Below are positions 38,396 through 50,859 of a stretch of 64,000 bases of DNA, piece after piece. Every line of letters starts with the position of its first letter. The stretch's first letter is position 1. Source of the stretch: Balanoglossus misakiensis (lineage: Eukaryota > Animalia > Hemichordata). Both the position numbers and the translations under genes were made by a program. The notes below the pieces were generated by a model that was given only the letters and a program-made list of their open reading frames with translations, had not been told where the DNA came from and did not search any database. The stretch is from NCBI GenBank assembly GCA_040954595.2, contig CM082584.2, forward strand, positions 1,579,244-1,643,243, given 5' to 3'.

Positions 38396-39130
38396 CTGAA
38401 AATAAACCAATTTATAACACATCAAACATGTTCCAAACTAATTTCGAAATTCCAGTCCGTGAATAATACATTTCCTCTTTGAATACATTTAATATTGGTG
38501 AATAAGAGGTTCATAAATGTATAACATTAGATTTTTGTTTGTAAAGTCTATATTTTGTGTTACACCTTTCCAATAAGTGTGTGATTAGTGTAGATTTCGG
38601 CAGAATTTCTGGGAAAAAAGAATCTGTGAAAAATTCACCTGAATTTTGGGGAGAAAAAAAATTGCTGAACGTTTCCTTTGAATAAAAAAGTTCAGCTTAT
38701 TTCTTTTAGAGAAAACATGACAATTTCCAGGAAATGGCTGTTGTTGTTTTTTTTTTGGTGTGAATAAACTTAAAAAACAAATTCTGATACAGTTGCATCA
38801 AGGTGATGGAAGAAAATCCCAGATTAACAGGATATTTGGAGAATTTATCCAGAATTTCAAAATTAGTTCGAAATGTGACATTGTGTTATCAATGATCTGT
38901 GTTGAGCAGTCGAACGATGAACGGGTAGTTGACAATTCCCACGAGCACACCCGTATCTTTCCTCGGTAGTTGCGCCGGGCCGGTCGGCAATGTAACAGAA
39001 AAAGTGGTACGATATGCCAGCTGAGCCGTCGCTAGTCTACAATTCCGAGTCTACAAGGCCGTCTCTAACTAAAAATTATAATAACTATCGAGGTACGTGA
39101 CAATTATATCAGCGAATGTGGGGCTGGGGG

Positions 39131-39446
39131 TTGCTGCAGTTTGCAGCCCCTCCATCTCCCCTGGACGATATTTGTTTTTGCGGGGCTGCAGGTCCCAGCT
39201 ATTCTAAACCGCACAACGAGCGACCGGGATTTGGGCCCGGAGCGAATTTCTACACTCCAGACGTCTCCAGTCCACAATTTTCCACAATTTTTTCGCCAAA
39301 TCGGTCCCGGAACCCATACAGCGCTTACCTGGCAAAGGATGTCGCGGTATTTGTCGATTTTGCCTACGTTTTCCCCAGTTATTCAACTTCAATCGGCAAA
39401 ACCAAAACTCGTTCAGGGGAGATGGAGGGGCTGCAAACTGCAGCAA
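39131..39446. mobile_element. 316-bp element with perfect 33-bp TIRs and 10-bp flanking direct repeat
   Basis: TIR ttgctgcagtttgcagcccctccatctcccctg at 39131-39163, reverse complement at 39414-39446. gggctggggg occurs at 39121-39130 and 39447-39456. Confidence 0.65.
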
Positions 39447-42400
39447 GGGCTGGGGGCTGCAGGCAGAATATATGACCAAAGGATACGCGTGAAAAAAAGA
39501 CAATTACCTACTTTGCTACCGTGGGTCTTTGACTAATTAAAACATGATAACGTGCATCAAAGCCAGCCGATGCTTCAGGGGCATAGTATTCCTGAGTTTA
39601 TACGCGAAGAAACCAAGAAATATTCATGAGTATGTAGACGGAACTTGTCTTTTAGCTCAAATTTGACCTGGCTTGAGGTCACTGTGACAGCGCAGCCAGC
39701 GGTAGAATTGGGGTAGGCATGAAGAACATATCTACTACAAAAACTGGTGAGGGCGGGGGGGGGGGAGATGGGGGGGGGTGGGGGCTTTTCAGTTTAGTCA
39801 CGGTCCTTGGTTTTGGCCTTCGGCTTCACTAGAAAAGCCAAAAAACCACAATGCCGAAGGCCAACTCGTCGAAGCACCTGGTACGTCTATGGCAGAAGTC
39901 AGTATTTACATGTTCTGACTCGGTACACGCCATGCACTTGCCAAGAGATTCCACGAGGAATACCATGATGATGAACGGCTCGGGCGTCTTCGTGTGCACG
40001 AAGACACGATACTAGACTTCATTGACCCTGTCTCATTCTTTTCTTTTCATGCGCATAAGGACATGAAAAGTCGACCTAACCTTTTGTTTTATCACTTACT
40101 GTGGTTTTATAGGGATGCTGTGAGTGAAAAAGTGGCACATTCGGGTTGTTGCCTTATACTTAATTTCTCCATTTCTATTGGAGCAGGCTACACCGGGCCC
40201 AGGGTCGAACTTAAACCAATTTGCAGCCGTGATGGTCGAACAATGTCCGACAAACTTTAGGCACGTCAAGCTTATGCCTTCCTGGGTCGCCCGACAAGAA
40301 TGAACTTCTATTTTAACGATAGGGCCTATTCTAATCGATACCCGCCGTATCAGTCACGCAATAATGAACACGAAATCCAGATCCCCCAAAATGATGTTTC
40401 ACTAGACTCGGGGAGAGTGCTGTTTAGTACCAACAGGCAATTAAAGGTATACGGTCACCTATGGAAAATTAGCTATAGTTACCATGGCAAATTGAGATGT
40501 AGCCAATCACAGATTTTTAGTGGGTGGCACACGCGAAAAAAGAGCGCCGCCATATGTTCTCATCTCAGCCATATATGGTCCTATGTAACCACCTCATGTC
40601 ATTTACAGAATTGGAACACCCTAAAGAATGTCATGCAGACAATGTCACGTGTTGTTCCATGACCAACCAAACTACAAACTCATGTCCAAATCAATTAAAT
40701 TCCAAAGAATGCTCCAAATATGCAGAATTGCCACGCAAGTCGAGCATACTTAAGCACTCTGCACAACTGAAACATAAAATCCAAGCTTTTAACAATACAA
40801 CAATAAACAATCCATTCTGATCGAATTAATGACCAAATAAAACGAAAAACACAACTCGACCCACAAAAAGTATACGAAGCGCTTTTAATCGCTCATTAAT
40901 GTTTGATCTCGAGGAGACGTGTTAAAAAATCCGCTATGAAAAGCAGGGGAGAACAATAGCCTATTTTTACCAGGTAAACAAACACCAGGTAAAAATCCAC
41001 CCATGCTTCCAGACCGCTCTAGGATAGTGATCCACCCAATGAAACTGTATCTCTTTAACTTTAATTTGCAAACTCGTGGAATTGATCATTTTATAAATCG
41101 CTCCATTTTGACGTTTTCTCTGTGGTTTGTTAATACGAATTTTGTCTGTGCCAAATCTGTCCTCTAATACTGTCACTTGTATTAGAGTTCAAATAACACA
41201 GAAGTATAATACAACGTTTTGAAAAAGACAGACATTTTTCGTGGGAACGGTGATATACTTAGGCCACACTCGAGCTAAAAACAAAAGTCTATATTTTATC
41301 AAAAATGCCTTGGACGCACAAACATCTACAGGATGTGGAAGGGGCGGGTCAAAACCGCGATCTACAACTGTGCCTCCCCCCCCCCCCCCCGGCTGTCTTG
41401 CTTCTATTTGGAGTGTCAATGTGTGATTTAGCGTTGTTTGCGGCAGATACTAAGCTTTGTTCTTGTTTCACTCCATTTGCTGCATTGTGCTGTGCTCTGG
41501 TATTTCTCCAGGGTCTACGGTTACACTATAGGCTGATTAGTCGTATCTTTACTACACAGACAAAAAACTTCGAAGCTTTATGTCTGTGCCTTTTATGAAC
41601 AAGCATCGTCCGATTCGAATTCGACTCGTCATCGGTAGCTATGTTTATTTCGCCCTTGGAGACCTCCCCTGGCCTCGTTAGGATGACTGTTACCAGGACT
41701 ACCTTAAACCAATCTTTTCGAACCGGACGGTACACACGACATGTCTATGTTAATTGTCCAGGTACCAGAGTGTACGTGTGGGCTCCCTAAACCCCTCATT
41801 GGCGGCCGGTCCCTGTCCGAATAAACACGTTTGACAGACAAAAAATGATGAACAAGTGGCTTACTTCAATACTTCGTTAACTAGACGGCTGAACTCTGAA
41901 TGTTGATTCAGCAAAAAAAATGTGTTTACGGCAAGGTTTTGATCAATACGACACATTTACCATTGAAAACGCCCAAAGTAAGTGGGGGCGTTTGACCATC
42001 AATCAAACCCACGCCCAGGTGCATGTGAACGGCCGAAGCAGTGTAACGTTTCACATTCCGTGCAACGTCCGACACTGTGTGAAAGCGGTTGCTGTCGGGT
42101 GGCTTGACCTAATTTTCGTACATTGATATGCATTTGACACCTCACTACCTGTTTTCTTAATATTGCTAAAACTTTGCGTTGAAATATCACTGAAATGTTG
42201 ATGATCCACGCACAAGTCGTCTACCCCGGCATGAAAAGCTTTTATACAAGAAAACTAATTGCACATGACCACCAAGGTCATACCGCAAGGTGTGTCTAAA
42301 TGTCAAGGAAGGACATTGGGAGGGGGGACTTGGGTCGAGAACGACCATGACGGAGGAAAAACCGACAAGTCATTGTGTAACCTGTTTACTTGCCAATAGT

Positions 42401-43109
42401 CAAACGTCAAAATTTACTCTCAACTTGGTTGCAGATCGAGTCTCCCGAATTTCCAACTTTTATGATTGGGTAAATACCGATATGCGACTGGTATGCGACG
42501 CGTTGACGACGCGAAGATTTTGTTGAAATCAAATGGTTTGTCAAATGTCATCTCACAGTGGAGATACCGTGGTCATCTGACATGAAAGGGTTCGATTGGG
42601 TCTGACCGCCGTCGTTCATCCATGCTTAGAAAGCGGCGATCATGGTACAATGTAAAACCAAGGTCAAACCTTACTGAACACATGTATTGCATGGAGAAAC
42701 TTTTCTCCCTGTCTGTGTACTGAACACGTACCGTGATTGCCATAGTTACAAACGTTACCACGTGAGAGAGAGTGCATTTTACATCTGTCTTTTCAATTTT
42801 GTTGCTTTCTTACTATTCGGAATGATGGAGTCGAAACGAAAACTTTTTGCTTCAGGTGGACCTAGGGGAAATACCTTATTTGTGACTTTTTTCATGACCC
42901 TAAAAAGACGTCGGAATTAATGTGGCTGAGGTCACTCAGGACGACGCAATGGTTGAGCGATTTTATTTTATGAGCTCCCACTAGTATTTGTTTTATTGTT
43001 TCGGCAGTGTGTCGCGTTATTCGAGCAATCTGCAGTCTGAAAACGAACGGTTTTCAAAGTTTATAACAGAAGAACAGGGGTTTAAGCATGAAAGGTCCTG
43101 TTGTCTCCC

Positions 43110-43340
43110 TCGCTGTGTTTGTGTCACTGTGTCTTTGACGTCTGACTGACTGATTAACTGGCTGACTGACTTACTGACTGTCTGTCAACGTCGGTCTGTC
43201 TGACTGTCTGCCCCCTCTCTCTGAGAGAGAGAGTGAGCGAGCGAGCGAGCGAGCGACCGATGAGTGTCTCTACTGATGAATGTTGCTCTGTCTGTCTGCT
43301 TGTGTCTGTCTGCCACTCTGCCTGTTTCACTCTGTCTCTC
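43110..43340. repeat. compound microsatellite (gact/gtct, ga, gagc)
   Basis: (ctga)n, (ga)n, (gagc)n and (gtct)n runs. Confidence 0.9.
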
Positions 43341-44120
43341 CTAATTTCTTTAAATTTAGGGATATGCTATTAATGCGATATGAAAGTCAGACACGACGGA
43401 AACCTTTTATTCTCAAAACTGTCTGTTGTTTGCTGTTAAATATTGCAAAAGGTTAAGGGCCCTTTTCGCACGAGACACATGGCTTTGCAGCCGTAGCTCC
43501 CAATGTCATAACGATTACCCGAACTACCCTAATTTTAGCCCGCCGACCCAAAACAGTTTAGATCTTCGTAAACCGGAAGTAAAAATAACGATGTCAAATA
43601 TACAACAATTCATGAAAATTGCGAGAATCACGCAAGAACTATGATGTCATTCTTCTACACTACGACGGCCAAAGATATAAAAAAATTGAAAAATAAAAAA
43701 ATGTCCCTTTCTACCTACCCTATTTTTGAAAACCATGTAATCGGAATAGCACATATTAGTTTTTTTGGCCTGAGACATATCCAATTTCCCAACTGAACAT
43801 GACACGTGATCAAGCATTTTCGACTTATCAGATGCAATCGCTGAACACCTCACACTAAGCGAGGTTTTGTCTGTCTTTATACGCGCCCTTTGTATTTGTG
43901 CGTGACATGTCCAAGCCTTGTTAGGATCTCCCATAAAATTCTACTCAAATGATGTATACTTTCATACTTACGACTGACAGGTATTTTCAGCGTTGCCAGC
44001 TGATTGTTTGTCAGGTACCGCTTTATAACAAGACGCCCCTCTGAGTTGATAACCTGCAATGTAACATCATTCAATTGGTCTAGTCATGTTAGCATTAGTA
44101 AAATGCTTCAAAAGTGTTAA

Positions 44121-44411
44121 AGGGACATGATACAAGACACCGTTTATGTTAGTGAATGAACGTTCAACCACACACAACTTCCATCCCGCTTGTATGATAC
44201 GAGAGTAAAAACTCGCCCGAAATGAATAAATGGTAGAGACCGTTTATTCATTTTGGCGACTTTTTAAAACTCTCGTGTCTATACAAGCGGAGTGGAAGGT
44301 GTGTATGGTTGAACGTTGATTCACTATATCCACATGTAGAATAATATAAACGCAGTCTTGTATCAAACATAATTAATGGAAAAAGGGCAGCGAGAGAGAG
44401 ACTTTGTCCCT
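44121..44411. mobile_element. TTAA-flanked hairpin MITE family A, third copy (left arm partly deleted)
   Basis: ttaa-agggaca...actttgtccct-ttaa. The body matches 32990-33338. Confidence 0.8.
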
Positions 44412-44751
44412 TTAATGAATACAGCCACAATGTTCTGTTTATATCTACTGACGGACCAGGCATGGATTGTCACGTATAATTCTTTGAAACGTTTGGTCCT
44501 CTGAAGAAATCTGAGCACTCATCTACTCAGTTTGCTTATTTTGTCTTCCTCCACCAGTCAGTGGTATCGTCCGATTTGATACTCCACTCTAAGCCTCTTT
44601 CTGAATGGCTATTTAAGTTGTGATCTGTAAGTCTTAAACCTTTCATCACCCCCCCCCCCCGTTTCCTCTTTAGAGGTCCAACATTACCATATAAAACAAT
44701 TGGTTTTGACTGAACCATGTTGGTGAAAGGGCTAGGGTCAATTCAACTTAC

Positions 44752-44809
44752 CTTCTGGACATTCATATTTCACAAAGGGTGTTCCAAACAGTGCTCCAAG
44801 ATCCAATTG
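44752..44809 (-). CDS. possible short exon (QLDLGALFGTPFVKYECPE), perhaps upstream part of the uif-like gene
   Basis: ctaac branch-like site, acag acceptor and strong G/gtaagt donor. YECPE resembles the start of a CTL (CP.GW), but the exon needed to connect it was not found. Confidence 0.3.
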
Positions 44810-45203
44810 CTGTTACAAATAAACAATAAGTTAGCTGCCAGTACACTCAATGATGTACGCGCAGAACGTCAACTGGTAAACAGTGCGCCTGTGTCTCTTC
44901 CCATAGGAGTACATGGAGAATAGTTAGAAAACTCCCTTCTATTATTGTCATTTTCAGGAAATTTTACACATAGCTCCGACAAATCAAAATAAATTCACCA
45001 CGGTCTATTTTGAGATAAACTTTGTTCAATATTGTATCCATAGGCAAACCATTGGTAGAAAATGCTGACCGTCAGCAGTTTTCTTCAATTATCGACTAAA
45101 TTCACGGCCTTGTTTAAAGTCGAAAACAAGTGCAGTGACCCAAAATGGATTTTCATTATACATACAAATCAGAAACGAAAATCCACGATTAAAAGAAATG
45201 ACA

Positions 45204-45500
45204 ATACAAAACACCGTTTATGTTAATGTAAATGTGGATATATAGTGATGCAACGTTCAACCGCACACACCTTCCATCCCGCATGTAGACACGAGAGCGA
45301 AAACTCGCCAAACTGAAAAATCGGTCTCTACCATTTATTCATTTTGGGCGAGTTTTTACTCTCATATCATACAAGCAGGATGGAAGTTGTGTGTGGTTGA
45401 ACGTTCATTCACTACATATACACATGCCCATTAATATAAACGGTGTCTTGTATCAAACATTATTAATAGAAAAGGGCGACGGGAGAGAGAGTTTGCCCCT
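45204..45500. mobile_element. hairpin MITE family A, fourth copy (left end missing)
   Basis: The body is the inverted version of 44121-44411 and ends gagagtttgcccct-ttaa. Confidence 0.75.
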
Positions 45501-46819
45501 TTAAGGCGACATGATGCATGAAGTGGCGAGAGATAAACGCGACTGACCACCGCATTAAACACTGTCAAGCAAGGCACTTCAAATGCCAATTGTTTAAGTG
45601 TGTACTAAGTAATAGCTTCATGTACCATGTCCTGGGGGGGGGGGGGAGGGGTCAAATCACAACAGTTGGACATGTACGAATATGAAGAGACGATATCAGT
45701 TTTTTCATGTCTTCCTTTAGTAAACAATCTTTTTTGAACTTTGTATAGAATTCATTGAACTTTACTTTAGCTTATGAACTCTCATTTGCACATCGTCATC
45801 TTGAAATTGTGTCGACTTTATCATAAGGTTTTTATAACTCAACTAGGTCGCAAAACCTATTTAAGTTAGTGAGAATAGGACGTTCACCTTTTGGGTTGAT
45901 GGCTACAGACATTAATCCTGACTCATACACATGTTGCAGCCAGTATACTCTGCAGACATTGGACACAATAGTTTTACTAACCATTGAATTTTATTGGACC
46001 ATCAAGTTTATTGACCCATGACGTTCATATAGATTGTATGACACGACTGACGCTATAATCGGTCCATACCTTCGGCGAGCCAAGTGTTTTATAACATCAT
46101 AAGATATTAATACCTATCACCCAGTCAAACGATTTCAAGTTATACAATTTCCACGCCAATAGGACGCCTTTAGGTGGAAATGCAACCAGATATCCTGAAT
46201 AGGAAAATATTCCGGGTATCTGTCAAGTTTAGTCCCATATTTAGGGGACCAAGAGCCCTCAGGCGCTTGGTCCCCTTCTGTTATTGCTGGAGTTTGTCTT
46301 CTTTCTTCTTGAGTCGTTTTTTTGCGCCCGTTTTTCTCTGAAATTCCGGCAGGTGCGCCTTCCAAATTTGGCACGGTGGTTGGGGCCCATAGTACTGGTG
46401 CACCAGCCCTTTGAATTTGTAATTAGTCACGTGACTTTGTTGCTATAATCGAGCGAAATTTTCAAATTGACCTAATTTGCACGTTAATGGGGGCATGTAC
46501 ATTCTTTTCGCGATATTTGTAGACCATGTGGCAAAAATCCCCTGTGCCAAATTTCAAGGTCCTAGGCCACGTCGATTTTGAGAAGAAGATTTTTGTAATA
46601 TTTTTTCGCTTTTTTTGGTGGGCTGAGGACGGACACTGGGGCATCGGACTTTGACCGTCATTACGTTATGTTGTGGAGATCTCATTAGCAGGCTACTCAC
46701 TTCTGGCGGGTTGCAGTAGTCCTTGGAAAATCGGCTGAAATACGTAAACAGACCAGTGATTATTTTCCACGGAATGCATTTTGGGACAACACATTATCGG
46801 AGTTCAGGCTGTGTTAGGG

Positions 46820-49800
46820 CGTTTTATTGAATTACGCTGAGTTTGGATTGACTACTGTGTTACCACTGAAATTTCTCATAGCAATGTTCTTTCAATTTCG
46901 AGTCTTTGCAATGTTGTTGACTCCGACCATATTCCTGTTTCAATAGTGGTTCATTTCAACACTTCTGCTGATGAAAGCTTCAGCAGTAGTTCCTTCAAGC
47001 AATGTAATTTTCGAGTTGATTGGAAAAAATTGTCACAGCAGAATATATCCGCCTACACCGGTTGTACCAAAGCCAAGATTGATAAGATTAATTTATCCGA
47101 AGAGTTATTCTGCACTAATGTGAACTGTACAGACCCTTCGCATTTACAGGCAATTGATACTTGTTATAGTAGTATTGTGGACGCATTGAATTGTGCTGCA
47201 AAAGATACCATTAGACGTAAGTTTCACCAGAAAGTTCATGTTGTGCCTGGCTGGAACGATTTTGTAAAAGAAAGTCACGACTATGCCCGTTCCATGTTTT
47301 TATTATGGGTTAATGTGGGTTAACCTAAACAAGGCCCGCTTTTTGAAACCATGAAATCTTCCAGAGCTCGTTTTTAGTATGCTTTACGTGCTTGTAAAAA
47401 GATTGAGAATCAAAATAGGGCTGACAAGATGGCTGATAATTTACGCTGCCACAAACAGAACGACTTCTGGGAGGAAGTCAGAAAGCAAACTAGCAGAAAA
47501 ACGCCGCTTTCTGACACTGTAGGTGGAGCGACTGGTGAGAGTGAAATTGCAATTATGTGGCACAAGCATTTCAGTGATATTTTGAATTCTGTCCAGGCTC
47601 AGACTGGTAAAAATGACATCGAGGAGAAAATGAAGTATGTTAAATTTTCTTCTGATATGTATGTTTCTGAAGACGAAGTAATTTCTGCTATACATAAGTT
47701 ACCTGATGGTAAGACAGCTGGCATTGACAATATTTTAGCTGAGCACCTCAAATTCTCAGACTCCTCTATTTTACCCTTTTTGACTTGTTGTATTAATGCA
47801 ATGATTGTTCATGGTTACCTGCCAACTGAGGCTATCAATGTTAATTTAGTTCCAATTATTAAGGATAAAACTAAGCTTTGTAGTGATGCCAGTAACTACC
47901 GGCCGATAGCACTAGCAACTGTTTTCTCTAAAGTTTTTGAGCATATTTTACTTTCTCGTTGTGAGGAGTTTCTTACCTCTCATTATTTACAATTTGGTTT
48001 CAAGCGAGAACATTCAACTGACCTGTGTTTATTTGCATTTAAAGAAATCATTAGCTACTACACCAGCAATGGAAGACCAGTGTTTACTTGTTTTCTGGAT
48101 GCTTCAAAAGCTTTTGACAGAGTTAATCACTTTAAACTGGTTATAATTAACAAGCACATCGACAGGAATGTTCCCTTGTATGCTGTACGAATTTTATATT
48201 AATGGTACAGAAATCAATTGTTTACTGTGTTGTGGGGTAATGAAACCTCAGAGTTGTTTTCTGTTTCTAACGGTGTAAGACAAGGGGGGGTACTCTCTCC
48301 CTATCTTTTTAATGTCTACATTGATGATATTATCAATGCACTCTGTAAAGCCAAAGTTAGCTGTACCATGTGTGGTGTCAGCGCTAACACTTTAGGTTAC
48401 GCTGACGACATGACTCTACTCAGTCCAAGTATTAAGGGTCTACGCCGTCTTCTTAGAATTTGTGAAATTTATGGCAAGGATTATGATATCATTTATAATT
48501 CTAGTAAAACTGTGTGCATGCTTTTTAATGGGAAGAATATGAGCGTTCAAAGAATTCCTTCGGTTAAACTTAATGACATCACTTTAAAGTTTGTACCTGT
48601 ACACACCTATCTGGGCCATGTTATATCTTGTGATGGTTGTGATAATGAAGATATTGAACGACAGAGAAGAGCATTTTGTGTAAGAGCAAACATGCTATTG
48701 AGACATTTTCAACATTGTAGTCAAGATGTGAAGAAAGTTTTATTTTTGGCATATTGTAGTAATATTTACTGTTGCAGTTTGTGGGCATCCTTTAAAGTTA
48801 AACCGATGAAAAAATTTAAAACTATGTACAATAATGTTTGCAGAAGATTTCTCGGTCTTCCGCCATTTTGCTGTGCATCGGGTATGTTTGCTACAAACCA
48901 TGTACATGTATTGTCACTTGGTGAAGTTTTTAGACGCAATATGTACAGTTTTAAGATGGGTCCCTGGGATCGTTTTGCTCGTTGCTGTGGGCCTTTATAG
49001 GACATTACACCCCGATTTGGACTAAGCCGTTTTCAGAGTCTAACAAGGGGCTGGTAACTAGTTGAAAATCTGCACGATTATGTGCACACCCCCTGTCCGA
49101 GTATGTTTACGGCAGCTACCACCCGGCCATAGGCCGCCACGCTAATACGGCAAAGCAGCGGTCAGCGATAGCGTGCGCGTCCTGTAACCACAGTAACTGG
49201 ATCGAACGCTAAAAATCCAATGTTTTGTACACAGAGATTTTGTACCGTTCACGAAAATCCCTAAGGCTTTTTTCATAGGCCACGTACGCCAGTCAAATTT
49301 GACCTGCTTGTTGAGAACGCACTTCCGCACAGTGTGACGGATCGTTTTTTCGGTTTTCGTCGTGCTAAGAAGCGATACCGGTGGAAGAGTGCGTCCAAAA
49401 ACACCCAAAATCGATGACTTTTTCAGGTGTGGTACGGGTATGCTGAAATCTTAGGATACAACGATAATATTCGAAAACAAAATCCGTCACGATCTTCCCT
49501 GGTTCAAGCAACTAATGAATACGTATCAAGTTCGTTTTTGAGGTCACGGAATAAAAAGCCTTAGGCTTTTGAAATTTGACCTAGCTAATTTTCATATCAA
49601 TGGCGTCAGGGGGCGCGCGCTCACAATCGTGCAGATTTTCAACTAGTTACCAGCCCCTTGTTAGACTCTGAAAACGGCTTAGTCCAAATCGGGGTGTAAT
49701 GTCCTATAAAGGCCCATAGCAACGAGCAAAAAGATCCCAGGGACCCATCTTAAGCGTAGACTCGAAAATTCTTCTAATGTTTTACTTGATGCGATCTGTT

Positions 49801-49976
49801 CATCAGATAGAGCGACTGACAGCATATTTTTCAAACATTGGCGAAAGCAATTGTATATCATGTAAGTTTTTTTTTGTGTGTGTCTCAGTGTCAGATTATT
49901 ATTATTGTTTTTTTTTTCTTCTCTACTTTGGGTATATGGACTTTTTTAAAGTCTGAAATAAAGAATTGTTATTATT
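46820..49976 (+). mobile_element. 5'-truncated non-LTR retrotransposon (APE endonuclease C-terminus + reverse transcriptase), dead copy; RTE-group/Proto2-like tentatively
   Basis: One reading frame carries WIDYC...SDH (APE end), NYRPIAL, QFGFK, FLDASKAFDRV, GVRQGGVLSPYLF, YADD and YLG. In-frame stops at 47321, 47375 and 48200. The true stop is at 49863-49865 once the insert is removed. AATAAA at 49957 is followed by a short (tta/att) tail. Confidence 0.92.
48955..49749. mobile_element. 795-bp non-autonomous DNA transposon with about 125-140-bp TIRs and TTAA TSD (Kolobok-type), inserted in the LINE
   Basis: TTAA at 48951-48954 and 49750-49753, with GA...TC termini. The TIR gatgggtccctgggatc...ctgcacgatt has only two mismatches that I could see. 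Excision restores ...NMYSFK|RRLENSSNVLL...HWRKQLYIM*. Confidence 0.92.
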
Positions 49977-50345
49977 TGTTAGCTGTTGCCATTCAAATGT
50001 GTCTACGCAAACCCGGCTACACTGGCAGTGGGCTTTGACTCTAAGTCGCTAATGTTGTGGGAGGTTTCATTAGCATTGTAGTCACATGTAGTGGATAGTA
50101 GTTTGGGAAATTGCCTGAAATACGTCAGCAGACCAGTGATTTTCTTGCACGAAGGGAGTTTGGTACCAGCAATAATCAGAGATCAGGCTTCGTTGCCGTT
50201 CAAAAGTTCCTACTTCAGTCGTGATGTTGCAACTGGACGTTCAGTATGGGGGTCGGCCCGCAGGTGGCCGTGTGGGTTATCAGGTCGCCCGTAACGGCAC
50301 GCAGCTACATGCAGCTGTATGGGCCCAAAATAATACACCCGATTC

Positions 50346-50859
50346 GGGGGTCACCTGTGACACCTGCGTAACTCAATAATTATGTGCATGCGTAATTGTG
50401 GGGTCAATGAAAGGGGTGGTAGCGTGGTATTTGTTGCACATGGATCAATATGAAGTCCAATTTTCCCGTCAAGTTGTGGGCGACCTTATGTGACCTTTCA
50501 CCTACTTTTGCTTAGTGAGCATCTACAGAAGATGCATGCAGCTTTGGCTTGGGGGGGGGGGCATATACGGATGGGACCATAATGATATACCAAAGGCGGG
50601 GTCACCTGTTGCACCTGCCTAAGTCATTGATTTTGTACATTTAATTGGACACTAACCAACAGGGCGATAGGTGTGGTTTTTGTTCCACAGGGACGAATGT
50701 AAGTGTCAGTTGGTTTTTGCCCAAATGTATAAGGTGATTTTGATGACCTCTGTCATACAGTGCCATATCTCATCCTGTTGTACAGGTGCAGCTTTGGTAT
50801 TTGGAGGGATGAAACTATCATGAAATGCCAAATACAGGGGGATACCTTTGACACCTGCC
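50346..50859. repeat. diverged ~250-bp tandem repeat, third copy cut by the satellite
   Basis: ggggtcacctgt..cacctgc occurs at 50346 and 50598, and as gggggatacctttgacacctgcc at 50837. Confidence 0.6.

Noticed and set aside
38760-44100. Short ORFs of 60-130 aa in the CpG-richer region; searched for the missing first CTL exon (W...CY...W..A...C)
   Set aside because: No recognisable domain or matching exon found. The region looks like repeat fragments, though a promoter cannot be excluded.
48955-49000. C-terminus MGPWDRFARCCGPL of ORF 48218..49000
   Set aside because: Read-through into the inserted TIR. The real LINE C-terminus resumes at 49754.
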